A stretch of 64,000 nucleotides of DNA from an uncultured Gemmatimonadaceae bacterium (lineage in GTDB: Bacteria > Gemmatimonadota > Gemmatimonadetes > Gemmatimonadales > Gemmatimonadaceae): the NCBI GenBank assembly GCA_963817955.1, contig CAWFQK010000004.1:288001-352000 (forward strand), read 5' to 3'. Of the stretch, positions 52,510 to 64,000 are shown one piece after another (the stretch's first letter is position 1; each line of letters begins with the position of its first letter). Made by a program: the position numbers and the translations under genes. The notes under the pieces are model-generated. The model did no database searches. It was not told the DNA's origin and saw only the letters and a program-made list of their open reading frames with translations.

Positions 52510-53064
52510 TTACAGGCGTGGCAGCGTCACGCCGACCTGTCCCTGATACTTGCCAGCCTTGTCCTTGTACGAGATTTCGGGTTCTTCCGCACCGCGAAAG
52601 AACAGCACCTGCGCGATGCCCTCATTGGCGTAGATCTTTGCCGGCAGCGGCGTCGTGTTCGAGATCTCGAGCGTCACGTGACCTTCCCACTCCGGCTCGA
52701 ACGGCGTGACGTTGGTGATGATGCCGCACCGTGCGTACGTAGACTTGCCAACGGTGACGGTGAGCACGTTGCGCGGAATCCGGAAGTACTCCACCGAGCG
52801 CGCGAGCGCGAACGAGTTCGGCGGCACGATGCAGACCTCGCCCTCGAATTCGACGAACGACTTGGGGTCGAAGTCCTTTGGATCGACGATCGAGTTCAGC
52901 ACGTTGGTGAAGATCGGAACTCGCGCGCGACGCGCATGTCGTAGCCGTACGAGCTCACGCCGTACGAGATGACGCCCTTGCGCACCTGGCGGGCCTCGAA
53001 CGGTTCGATCATGCCGTGTTCACTGCGCCATGCGAGTGATCCAGCGGTCGGGCATGATGCTCAT
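52510..53064 (-). CDS. dcd: dCTP deaminase; indels near 52915-53035
   Basis: MSIMPDRWI...HGMIEPF...[11 protein letters not shown], then [22 protein letters not shown] and YANEGIAQ. Confidence 0.93.
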
Positions 53065-53229
53065 GGCGGAAGCGGCGAGAGTGGGAGGGAGCGAGTAGGA
53101 AGCGAAGCGCCCGCGAGTCGCATGCGGAGTGCGGCGGGAAAGTATCGAGCCCGGCCAATCGAACGTGTCGCCAAGCGGTGAGGTGGGGCGTGCACGCACA
53201 ACGTCTGCGAAACTGCGGTACACTGTCCG

Positions 53230-53259
53230 TTGACACCGTGTCGCGAGGCCCGATAACTT
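53230..53259 (+). promoter_or_regulatory. Sigma70-type promoter of nuo operon
   Basis: TTGACA-N18-TAACTT. Confidence 0.65.
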
Positions 53260-53272
53260 TCCGCCGCTGGAC

Positions 53273-53292
53273 TTAGTGAAAGATTTCACGAA
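53273..53292. promoter_or_regulatory. Palindromic operator (Rex-like, also CRP/FNR-like spacing) in nuoA leader
   Basis: TTAGTGAA-AGAT-TTCACGAA; 2 mismatches to the Rex consensus TTGTGAA-N4-TTCACAA. Confidence 0.6.
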
Positions 53293-53303
53293 GTTTGAGA
53301 CTC

Positions 53304-53714
53304 ATGGATCACTACGTACTTCCCGGTCCTGCTGCTGCTCGGGCTTCGTCATCGTCAACGCGATGATGATCCTTGGCCTCTCTGCACCTCACGCTCCGAT
53401 CGCAGACCGACCCCGGTGAAGCAGGTTCCTTACGAGTCGGGCATGCCGCCGCTCGGCGACGCGCGTGAACGCTTCTCCGTGAAGTTCTACATGGTCGCGG
53501 TGCTGTTCATCTGTTCGACATCGAGACGGTATTCATGATCCCGTGGGGCGCGTACTACCGCCAGCTGTCATGCGCCGTGCCGACTCGTGAATGGCGCCTG
53601 CCCGGCCGGCAGGTCTCAGCTCTTCGGCCTATCGGCGAGATGCTCGTCTTCATCGCGATCCTCCTCGTGGGATACGTCTACGTCTGGAAGAAGGGAGCGC
53701 TGCAATGGGACTGA
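53304..53714 (+). CDS. nuoA: NADH-quinone oxidoreductase subunit A (frameshifted)
   Basis: Fragments [34 protein letters not shown] and [14 protein letters not shown]. Confidence 0.88.
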
Positions 53715-54355
53715 GCCAAGCCGAAGCCGGGAGCACGGCCGGAACCGAGCATCGTCACGGTCGAGCCGACCAGCGGCAGCGAGGCTGGATCACGACGCGA
53801 CTCGACTTCGCTCGTCAACTGGGGCCGCTCGAACTCGCTGTGGCCCATGCCGTTCGGCACGGCGTGCTGCGCGATCGAGTTCATGGCCACGGCGGCGAGC
53901 AAGTTCGACCTCGCGCGGTTCGGCATGGAGCGCATGAGCTTCTCGCCGCGGCAGGCTGACTGCTGATCTGCGCCGGCCGCGTGCCGTTCAAGCTCGCGCC
54001 GGTGCTTGCGCCGGATCTGGCAGCAGATGCCGCAGCCCAAGTGGTGCTATCTCAATGGGCGCCTGCGCCTCGACCGGCGGGATGTTCGACAACTACGCCG
54101 TGGTGCAGGGCATCGACACGCATCATTCCGGTAGACGTTTACGTGCCCGGCTGCCCGCCGCGTCCCGAGGGCCTGCTCTACGGCATCTGATGCTGCAGAA
54201 GAAGATGCATGAACGAGCGGATGGGCGACACCTCGCTACGCAATGAGATGGAGCCGGATTCCGACGAGCCAACTGTACATCCCGCCCTCGGTGATCGACG
54301 AAGCTCTCGGAGCCGTTCGGCAATTCAGTTCAACAGACGACGATCCGGCCTGTGA
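53705..54355 (+). CDS. nuoB: NADH-quinone oxidoreductase subunit B (frameshifted)
   Basis: [30 protein letters not shown] and [14 protein letters not shown]. Confidence 0.92.
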
Positions 54356-55064
54356 GCAACAGCTTCACACCGGTGGTGCCGGGCAGCGCGACGGACTCCA
54401 ATGCCGGCGCGCCCGCGACACCCAAGAACGTGCCGCATCATGGCGGAGCCGACGAATCCCAGCGCCGATGCGCTCCGTCAGCAGTTCGCCGCGGGCCATC
54501 AGTCGGGTCGAGGTCGGGTGGGGCGAGACGACGGTCTTCGTCGATCCGGCCCGCGTGCACGATATCATTCGCTGGCTGCACGATGATCCGTCGCAATCGC
54601 TACGACTACCTCTCCGACGTCACGGCCGTGGAATTTCGAGACTTGCGAACAGCCGATCGAGGTCGTCTGGCACCTGCGATCACTGCCATTCCGTCGCTTC
54701 TTGCGCCTCAAAATCGCAGCTCGCGAAGGGCGGCACGTACGACGTGCCGAGCATATGGGACATCTACAAGGGCGCTGACTGGCTCGAGCGCGAGTGCTAC
54801 GACATGTTCGGCATTCGCTTCACGGGCCACCCCGATCTGCGGCGCATCCTGATGTGGGAGCAGTACAAGGAAGGCTATCCGCTGCGAAAGGATTTCCCGC
54901 TGCGCGGCCGCTTCAGCCGCTCCGAGCAACTGCGCCAGGCGCTATCGACGCCAACCCGGAAGCCAAGTATTCCATGGAAGAGTTGTCGATCGCCGAGGCG
55001 TTCGAGGATTTGCCGCTCGACATGCAGCGGCGGCTCGACGTCGGGCGAACGGACGGGGGAGTAG
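54352..55064 (+). CDS. nuoC: NADH-quinone oxidoreductase subunit C (frameshifted)
   Basis: [36 protein letters not shown] and YPLRKDFP. Confidence 0.92.
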
Positions 55065-55067
55065 ACG

Positions 55068-56387
55068 ATGGCGACCACACACGTACGGTCGAAGTCGAGC
55101 TCTCCACGACGGGGCTCGACGCGCGACGGCCGACCGCAGCGCATTCCGCTCGCCGTCGACGAGCAGGGCAACATCATGGCAGCGCCGGCGGCGCCAGACC
55201 TCGAGCCCGATCTCGACGGTGAGCACATGCTCATCAACATCGGCCCGCAGCACCCAGCGACGCACGGCGTGCTGCGCCTGGTGCTCGAGCTCGACGGCGA
55301 GACCGTGGTGCGCTGCATTCCGCACATCGGCTATCTGCACTGCGGCTTCGAGAAGATCGGCGAGTACCGGCAGTACAATCAGATCATCCCGTGGACGGAC
55401 CGCGAGGATTACCTGAACTCTCCGGGCAACAACGTCGCGTTCGCGCTCGGCGCCGAGCGACTGTTCGGTATCGAGATCACCGAGCGTTGCAAGGTCCTGC
55501 GCGTGATCGCCTGCGAGCTATCGCGCATCATGTCGCATCTCGTGTGGGTCGGCACAACCCTGCATCGACATCGGCGCGTTCACGCCGTTCCTCTGGACGT
55601 TCCAGCAGCGCGAGAAGATCTACGAGATGCTCGAGGCGTGGATCGGCGCGCGACTCACGACGATCGTTGACGCGTGTCGGCGGCATGGGCGCGGACATTC
55701 CGGACGGGTGGACGAGGACCTCCTCGCAGCGTTCCTCAACGGCTTCCCCAAGAGTGTCGACGAAGTCGACCGCATGCATCACCCGGAACGCGCATCTGGG
55801 TCGGCCGAACGGTCGGCCTCGGCGTCATGTCGCCGGAGGAAGCGGTCAACTACGGTCTATCCGGTCCGATGCTTCGCGCATCTGGCGTTGCATATGACGT
55901 GCGGCGTGATTTCCCGTACCTCGACTACGAGACGTACGACTTCGACGTCCCGATCGGCATCAACGGCGATGTCTACGACCGCTACCTCGTGCGCATGGAG
56001 GAGCTCCGGCAGTCGACGCGCATTCTCGAGCAGGCGCTGAAGCGGTTGCCCGACGGTCCCGTGAACGTCAACGACCATCGCGTCATTCTGCCGCCGAAGA
56101 GCAAGGCGACGAGCGACATGGAATCGATGATTCACCACTTCAAGCAGGTGATGGAAGGCCCACGCCCGCCGATCGGCGAATCGTACGTCGCCGTCGAAAG
56201 TCCCAAGGGTGAGAAGGGGTACTACATGGTCTCCGACGGCACGTCGAAGCCGGTGCGCTGGCGCATCCGCCCGCCGATCTTTCGTCAACTTGTCCGCCAT
56301 TCCAAGATGGTCGAAGGCCACCTGCTATCCGACGTGATCGCCATCAACGCATCGATCGACATTGTGATGGGAGAGATCGACCGATGA
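55068..56387 (+). CDS. nuoD: NADH-quinone oxidoreductase subunit D (frameshifted)
   Basis: NIGPQHPATHGVLR, GYLHCGFEK, ESPKGE and DIVMGEIDR. Confidence 0.95.
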
Positions 56388-56964
56388 CGGCAGCGAACAG
56401 CGACAGCGCCTATTTTCGTGTTCCCGACGCATCGGGCGGTCTGCGCATGACCGCCGATGCATCGCACGACGGTCATGCCCACGGCCCGTATGCGCCCGTC
56501 TTCACCGGCGCGCCGCGAAGGAGCTCGACGAGATCCTGACGCGCTATCCCACGAAGATGGCGGGCCTCCTGCCGGCGCTCTGGATGGTGCAGCAGCGAGC
56601 GCGGCTGGGTGCAGCGCCGACGGCAATGGCTGAAGTGGCCGACGTGCTCGAGCTCACGCCGGCATACGTGAAGGGCGTCGTGACGTTCTACACCATGTAT
56701 CATCAGCACCCGGTGGGAAGCACTTCATCCAGGTGTGCACCACGTCACCCTGCAACTGTGCGGCGCCGAGGAGGTCGTCGACGCGTTCCTCAAGCACACC
56801 GGCTGCAAGGAACTCGGGCAGACGTCCCCGACGGCAAGTACACGGTGATCGAAGTGGAGTGTCTCGGCGCGTGTGGATTCGCCACGCCGGTGCATGATCA
56901 ACGAGGATTTCATCGAGACCGTGACCCCGGAGCGTGTTCCGGCGATCCTCGCGGGACTCAATGA
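56384..56964 (+). CDS. nuoE: NADH-quinone oxidoreductase subunit E (frameshifted)
   Basis: LLPALW, VVTFYTMY, QVCTTSPC and VECLGAC. Confidence 0.9.
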
Positions 56965-56973
56965 CAGACTGAC

Positions 56974-58304
56974 ATGGGATATCCGCATAAGCCGCATGCC
57001 GCGCGAGACGCCGGTTCTCTCCAAGTATTTCGGAGAGCAGGACGCGCATCACGCTCGACGGGTGGAAGAAGCGCGGCGGTTACGCTGCGCTCGAGAATGC
57101 GCTGCAGCATGTCGCCGGCGAGATCGTCGACCATCGTCAAGGAGTCCGGGCTTCGCGGCCGCGGCGGCGCCGGGTTCCCGACCGGCGTGAAGTGGTCGTT
57201 CATGAAGCCGGGCGACGGCAAGCCGCACTATCTCTGCTGCAACGCGGACGAATCCGAGCCAGGGACGTTCAAGGATCGCGAGATCATGCGATGGACGCCG
57301 CACGCGCCTCGTCGAGGGGTGTCGCGATCGGCGCGTACGCGATCGGCGCCGAGACGGCGCTACATCTACATTCGCGGCGAGTTCACCGAGCCGCATTGCC
57401 CGCGTCGAGGCGTGCGCTCAAGGAAGCGTACGCGGCGGGGATCCTGGGCAAGAACGCCATGGGCATCGGGCAAGACGATCAACATCTACGTCCATCGCGG
57501 CGCCGGCGCGTACATCTGCGGCGAAGAGACGGCGCTGATGAACTCGATCGAGGGGCGGCGCGGGAATCCGCGCATCAAGCCGCCGTTCCCGGCGGTCGCG
57601 GGCGTCGTTCGGCCAGCCGACGACGATCAACAACGTCGAGACGCTCGCCGCAGTGCCGCACATTCTCAATAACGGCGCCGACTGGTACAAGCAGTGGATG
57701 CGCGCCGACAACCCGAAGAGCACAGGCACCAAGCTCTATCTCGGTCTGCGGCAACATCGCAGCGCCCGGGGAACTACGAAGTCCCGATGGGATTTCCGTT
57801 CAAGGACTTCCTCTACGATCTGTGCGGCGGTCCGCTGCCCGGACGGCAGTTCAAGGCGATCATCCCTGGCGGCATCTCGGTGCCGATCCAGACGGTGGAT
57901 GAAGCGGAAGCCAGCCTGATGGACTACGAAGGCTTCGTCGCCAACGGCACGATGCTCGGATCGGGTGGCGTGATCGTCATTCGACGACGCCCAGAACCTG
58001 GTGAAGCAGATCGCCCGCGCCGACGCGCTTCTTTGCCCACGAGAGCTGCGCGCAGTGCACGCAATGCCGCGAGGGCACCGGCGTGGACCACGAGGATTCT
58101 CGAACGCATCGTTGCCGGTGACGGCACGCCCGAGGACCTCGACACGTTGCTCGAGATTGGCGGAGAACATGACGGGCAAGACGATCTGTGTGCTGAGCGA
58201 TTCGTGCGCCACGCCGGTTGCAGCGGGACTCCAGAAGTTCCGCGGCGATTTCGAGGCGCTTGATCAAGAAGAAGAAGCATCACCTCGTGCCGGCGGTGGC
58301 ATAA
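56974..58304 (+). CDS. nuoF: NADH-quinone oxidoreductase subunit F (frameshifted)
   Basis: SGLRGRGGAGFPTGVKW, NADESEPGTFKDR, GAGAYICGEETAL, NNVET and ESCAQCTQCREG. Confidence 0.93.
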
Positions 58305-58402
58305 ATGTCACTGACGACAGTCGGTCTGATCCTGAGCGACGCGAAGAACCTCTCGCAATCCGCCGGGATCTTTCGTTCGCTGCGCTCCCTCAGGATGACA
58401 GT

Positions 58403-59991
58403 ATGAGCGAGACGATTAACCTCACCATCGAAGGACGCCAGGTGAGCGTTCCGGCGGGGACCTCGATTCTCGAGGCCGCGAAGTACCGCCGGGGTGCTCA
58501 TTCCGCACTACTGCTACCACCCGGGACTGCCTGTGGCGGGCGTCTGCCGCATGTGTCTGGTGGAAGTCGAGAAGACGCCAAAGCTGGCGCCGTCGTGCGC
58601 CACGGCCGTCAGCGGAAGGGCAGGTGGTGCACGTGCACTCCCAGAAGGCGCTCGAGGCGCGCAAGGGCGTGCTCGAGATGCTGCTCATCAATCACCCGCT
58701 CGACTGCCCGATCTGCGACCAGGCGGGCGAGTGCGAGCTGCAGGACTACACGTATCAGGAAGGACGCGCCGAAGGCGCGTCTGCGCGAGCCCAAGCGGTT
58801 CAATCCGGCGGAGGATTTCGGCGGCGACGTCATGTACGTGCCGAACCGCTGCATCCTCTGCACGCGCTGCGTGCGCTTCATGGACGACGTCGCGCACGAT
58901 CCCGTGCTCGAGTGTCAGCGAGCGCGGCGACCGCGCCTGATCGGCAAGTTCGAGGGCGAAGGACCTGACGCACGCCTGGGCCGGGAACGTCATCGACCTC
59001 TGCCCGGTCGGCGCGCTGCTCTCCAAGGACTCGCTCAACAAGGCGCGCGCCTGGGAGCTTGATCGCACCGCGATCGGTGTGCCCGAACTGCTCGCAGGGC
59101 TGCAACATGATCGCTCGAAACGCGCGACAAACAGGTCGTGCGCCTCCGCCCGCGCCGCAACGACGAGGTGAACAAGTACTTCATGTGCGACCACGGCCGC
59201 CTGACCTATCGCTGGATGAACCGTCAGGATCGCGTCGAGGTGCCGATGGTGCGCACGGCGAGACGCTCAGCGGCGCCGACTGGCCGGTCGCGATCGCCGA
59301 GGCGGCGCGCGATGCTCTCACGGCAAGCGGGCGTTCGTCGCTCGCAACGCCGTCGCTGTCGAACGAAGCGCTCTATCCTCCTTTCGGAAGCTCGTGACGC
59401 GAAGAGCGGCGGCTCGGCCGCTATCGCGTGGAGCAGGGTGTAGAAGCGCCGCTGCCGGGCGTCCACGATCTGTCGCGTCGCGCCGATCGCGCCGCGAACG
59501 TGCCGTGGCGCCGAGCTGTTGGGCTTCACGCGCAGTCGACACGCCGCTCGCCGGACTCACCGCCGGCGACGTGCTGGTCGTCGGCGGATGAAGAGCTGGC
59601 AGGCATCGATGCACCGGAGGCGCTCGCCAAGGCGGGCGCCGTTATCGTCATCGGCACGACGCTGCCCGCGTGGGCGCGTCGAGCGCGACCGTGCGTTCTG
59701 CCGATCGCCAACGTCGCGGAGGAGGAAGGCACGTTCACGAACCTGCGCGGCCGCGTGCAGCGGTTCCTGCAGGCGAAGGCGGCGCCCGGTCTCGCGCGGC
59801 CCAGCTGGTTCGTGCTGTCCGACCTGCTCGATGGCGGTTGGCCGGCCACGGCGACTACTCGCTTGCCGGCGAGGTCTTCGACGCGCTGGCAGCGGCGCGT
59901 GCCGAGTTCGCCGGCATGTCGTACGACGCGCTGGCGACTCAAGGGCGCAGCGATCGCCGGTACTGCGGCGGCCGCGGGAGCGATCGCATGA
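58403..59991 (+). CDS. nuoG: NADH-quinone oxidoreductase subunit G, short form (frameshifted)
   Basis: IPHYCYHP...[56 protein letters not shown] and EEEGTFTN. Confidence 0.9.
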
Positions 59992-61328
59992 CGCATGCAC
60001 GCATTGCTACAAGCGGCCGTCCAGGCGATCGCAGGACGCACGATGCCGAGCTGCCGCAGAGCGAGGGCGTGTGGTTCCTCGTCGGCACGTCGTGAAGATG
60101 TTGATCGATCTTCTCGGTCTACATGGTCGGCGTCGCGTTGGTCACGCTCGCCGAACGCAAGATCTCGCGCGTGGATCCAGGACCGGCACGGCCCGAACCG
60201 TGTGCGGCATACGGCTGGCTGCAGCCGGTCGCGGACGGCCTGAAGAACATCATGAAGGAGGAGACCTATCCCGGTGCGGCGAACCTGCCGCTGTTCATTC
60301 TTGCGCCGGCGATTTCGTTCATCGCCGGCACTGCTCACCTGGGCGGTGATCCCGTTCGCGCGCCCGCTGCCGTCTCGCCGTGGGGCCGCATCGACATGGT
60401 CGTGGCGACCTGCCGGTCGGGCTACCTCTTCATCCTGGCCATCTCGTCGCTGGGCGTATACGGCATCGTGCTCGCCGGATGGAGCTCGAACAACAAGTAC
60501 GCGCTGCTCGGCGGTCTGCGCTCGAGCGCGCAGATGATCTCGCTACGAGATCGCGATGGGGATGTCGACCATTCCCGTGCTGCTCTCTCGCCGGGAACGT
60601 GTCGCTGGACCACGATCGTGAGGCAGCAGGCGCGCTGATGGAGCATGGAACGTGCTGCAATCTGTCGGTCGCGTTCTTCATCTTCCTCGTCGCGGCGTTC
60701 GCCGAGACGAACCGACTGCCATTCGACCTTCCCGAGGCGGAATCGGAGCTCGTCGCCGGCTACCACACCGAGTATCGGCGATGAAGTTCTCGCTGTTCTT
60801 CATCGCCGAGTACGCGAACATGGTGACGGCGAGCGCGCTGAGTCACACGCTGTTCTTCGGCGGATGGGACATCCCGTTCACGCAGTGGGACAACGTCGCC
60901 GCCGCATCACGGTGCTCAAGACCGTGCTGACGCTTGCCGCGTTCCTGGCGAAGATGCTGTTCTTCCTCTTCTTCTTCATGTGGATCCGCTGGACGCTGCC
61001 GCGGTTCCGCTACGATCAGCTCATGTCGCTCGGCTGGAAGTTCATGCTGCCGCTGGCGCTGGCGTATATCGTGGTCGATCGCGGTGGCGGTGCTCGGCGC
61101 TCGACGCGCCGGCATTCGCGCGCGGCGTCCGGCGGTTCTACGGCGCGATCATGTTCGGGGTGAACGTCGTGCTCGCCGTCGTCCTCTTCGTGCTTCATCG
61201 ACCGCGGCCGCATCTGATCAGCCCCGCATATTCGCGGCTCGACCAGCGCAATCTCGACAAGCTGCGTCGCGCACGGTGCGCCGCGTATCGGCTTCGAGCC
61301 CTCGACCAGTGAAGGGGGAGCCGACTGA
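59988..61328 (+). CDS. nuoH: NADH-quinone oxidoreductase subunit H (frameshifted)
   Basis: [44 protein letters not shown] and PRFRYDQLM. Confidence 0.93.
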
Positions 61329-61827
61329 TGGCCATCGGCGTGAAGGTGGTCGACCGGCCGATCGAGGAAGTCGAGCTACGTGCGCGCTACGCTCAAGGGC
61401 ATGGCGCTCACGCTCAAGCACATCGTCGATCCGGACAAGGTGACCATGCAGTATCCCGAGGAGAAGTGGGACGCTCTCGCCACGGTGGCGCGGCACGCAC
61501 CGCATGCTGACGACGGAGGACGGCAAGGCGAAGTGCGTCGCCTGCGGGCTGTGCCCGACGGTCTGCCCGGCGAACTGCATCAAGCTCGTGCCCGGCGAGG
61601 ACGAGCAGGGCAACCGGTATCCGCTCGTGTTCGAGATCGACGAGTTCCGCTGCATCTTCTGCGGCTACTGCCAGGAAGTCTGCCCGGAGGAGGCGATCCA
61701 CGTCGGGCGCCACTACGAGAACGCCGAGTACAGCCGCGACGGGTTCGTCTACGACCTCGAGCGGCTGATGTCGCAGACGCATCCGGTCTGCGAGATGTGG
61801 GATCCCGCCGACCCGAAGGGCGAGTGA
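61328..61827 (+). CDS. nuoI: NADH-quinone oxidoreductase subunit I (frameshifted)
   Basis: TMQYPEE, CVACGLCPTVCP and CIFCGYCQEVCP. Confidence 0.94.
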
Positions 61828-61830
61828 GCA

Positions 61831-62389
61831 ATGGCGCAACGAACATTCCTCGCCGCTCCTCTATTCGTTCCACTTCTATTTCTTCGGCCTCATCGCCGTC
61901 GTGTCCGCGATCGCGTTCGTGACGCGCAGGAGCCCGGTGGCCGCGGCGCATGTGGCTCGTGGTGCACGATGTTCTGCCTCGCCGCGCTCTACGTGATGCT
62001 CGACGCGCAGTTCATCGGCGTGATGCAGGTGCTCGTGTACGCCGGCGCGATCATGGTGGTGTTCGTGTTCGTCATCATGCTGCTCAACCTCGGGCACCGG
62101 CGGAGCTCTCCGACATCCGCGGGCTGGCGGTGGAAGCTGGCGGCCGGCGTCCTCGGCCTCGCGCTGCTCGCCGAGATCATGGCGCTCACGCGGAGCCAAG
62201 TGGACCGCAGGCTTGTCGCTGCCCGCCGGATCCGTGACCGTCGGCAGTTCGCACCGGCGGCATCATCGGCGCCGATTCGCCGGCCCGCTCTTCCACGAAT
62301 ACCTGCTGGCGTTCGAGGTGACGAGCGTGCTGCTGCTGTCGCGATCGTCGGCGCGGTCGTGCTCGGCAGCAAGCGGAGCGTGCGACTGA
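61831..62389 (+). CDS. nuoJ: NADH-quinone oxidoreductase subunit J (frameshifted)
   Basis: [21 protein letters not shown] and YLLAFEVTS. Confidence 0.9.
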
Positions 62390-62689
62390 TGCTCGCTGAA
62401 GCTCTCGTTCTTCTCCGCGGTGCTGTTCACGATCGGCGTGATCGGCGTGCTGACGCGCCGCAACGCGATCATCGTGTTCATGTGCGTCGAGCTCATGCTC
62501 AACGCCGTGAACCTGAGCTTCGTCGCCTTCGCGCAAGCTGTACGGCGTCGCCGGTCAGGTGTTCGTCGTTGTTCGTGATGACCGTCGCCGCGGCCGAGGC
62601 CGCCGTCGGGCTCGCGATCATCATCGCGACTCTTCCGTCATCAGGCAGACGGTGAATCTCAAGAACATCAACCTGCTGCAAGCGGCTGA
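62389..62689 (+). CDS. nuoK: NADH-quinone oxidoreductase subunit K (frameshifted)
   Basis: [20 protein letters not shown] and [13 protein letters not shown]. Confidence 0.92.
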
Positions 62690-64000
62690 TGATGCCTCCA
62701 GGCAAGCGATGCCAACGCGGGCACATCCGCTGGCGGACACCGTCGCGCGAGTACGTGTGGCTGCTGCCCGTCCTGCCGCTGCTCGGCTTCGTGCTCAACG
62801 GCGCTCTCGTCGCTGGTCAGCGCGCGCAGCTCGGGCCCGGCCGATCCGTCGCGCCCACGGGACCACGGCGCATGGTGCCGCGCACGATCGAGCGCACGCG
62901 GCGCGGACATCGCACGACGATCACCACGCCGCGACGCGCCATCGGTACGCCGGCGATCACGCAGCCTGATCGGGCCGGGCGTGCTGGTGCTGTCCTTCGC
63001 TGCTGGCCGTCGCGATCTTCGCTCGCGATGCGCGCCGGTCGGAGCATGGCCAGCCGTTCATCCAGACGCTACTTCCGCTGGATGCCGGTGAGCGACCTCA
63101 AGATCGACGTGGCGTTCCAGCTCGATCAGCTCTCGATGGTGATGGTGCTCGTCATCACCGGCGTGGGCACGCTGATCCACATCTTCAGCGTCGGCTACAT
63201 GCGGGACGATCCGGGGTATCCGCGCTACTTCGCGTACCTGAACCTGTTCGTCTTCTTCATGCTCGCTGCTGGTGCTCGGCGCGCAACTACCCGGTGATGT
63301 TCGTCGGCTGGGAGGGCGTGGGACTCTGTTCGTACCTGCTGATCGGGTTCTGGTTCAGCGAGAAGGCCAACGCCGACGCCGGGAAGAAGGCGTTCATCGT
63401 CAACCGCATCGGCGACTTCGGCTTCCTGGTCGCGATGTTCCTGCTGTTCGCGAACACGGGCACGCTCGACTTCGCGGGCATCGCGCGCGGACGTCGACGA
63501 AGCTGCCGGTCGGCGGCGCGGTGGTGACGGCCATCTGCCTGTTCTTCTTCCTCGGATGCACCGGCAAGAGCGCGCAGATTCCGCTCTACGTCTGGCTGCC
63601 CGACGCCATGGCGGGCCCGACGCCGGTCTCGGCGCTCATCCACGCGGCGACGATGGTCACGGCCGGCGTGTACCTGATCGCGCGCAGCACGCTGCTGTTC
63701 TCGCTCGCGCCGGTCGGCTCGCTGACGATCGTCGTCGTGGTGATCGGCGCGCTGACGGCGACTCTTCGCCGCGACGATCGGCCTCAAGCAGTGGGACATC
63801 AAGAAGGTGCTCGCGTATTCCACCGTCTCGCAGCTCGGCTACATGTTCGTCGGCGTCGGGCGTCGGGCGCGTACGTCGCCGGCGTCTTCCATCTCGTCAC
63901 CCACGCCTTCTTCAAGGCGCTGCTGTTCCTCGGCTCGGGCTCCGTGATCTTCGCCATGCACGCGGCGTATCACGCAGACGCGACAACCACGAGGACGCGC
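62689..64000 (+). CDS. nuoL: NADH-quinone oxidoreductase subunit L, 3' truncated by window edge (frameshifted)
   Basis: [68 protein letters not shown] and [10 protein letters not shown]. Confidence 0.95.

Overview
This is a GC-rich bacterial chromosomal window of mostly housekeeping genes, almost all on the + strand. Gene content and synteny suggest Gemmatimonadota (inference). In order it holds: a B12-dependent acyl-CoA mutase cluster (meaB, split large/small mutase with isobutyryl-CoA-mutase-type specificity residues, a methyltransferase, a lone carboxyltransferase and a split AtuA pair); ggt; a U32/RlhA-like protein; recQ; an acyl-CoA dehydrogenase; RNase E/G; rplU-rpmA; an ECF sigma/anti-sigma/Spy-like trio; tRNA-Leu(CAA) plus three accessory genes; a long core run (icd, pepA, OM barrel, yicC, gmk, rpoZ, coaBC, udg, dnaB, radA, ispD, tsaC, LMW phosphatase, aroE, comF, gap, pgk, tpiA, secG, carA, HU, moaDEA, mdh, sdhCAB); dcd; and nuoA-nuoL (partial). 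Many genes, including essential ones, are split by single-base indels, very densely after ~52.9 kb. I read these as long-read consensus errors, not pseudogenes, so boundaries of the split genes are approximate. The most unusual signals are non-coding. They are a ~365-bp inverted-repeat element built from mirrored 17- and 10-bp tandem arrays (18421-18786), TGTCAT-type palindromes with tandemly amplified tips (8218, 12906-13102), and 28-, 21- and 7-bp periodic arrays. Also notable are a Rex/CRP-like operator before nuoA, leaderless-type starts, and -35 boxes that overlap stop codons. I saw no CRISPR array, integrase or transposase.
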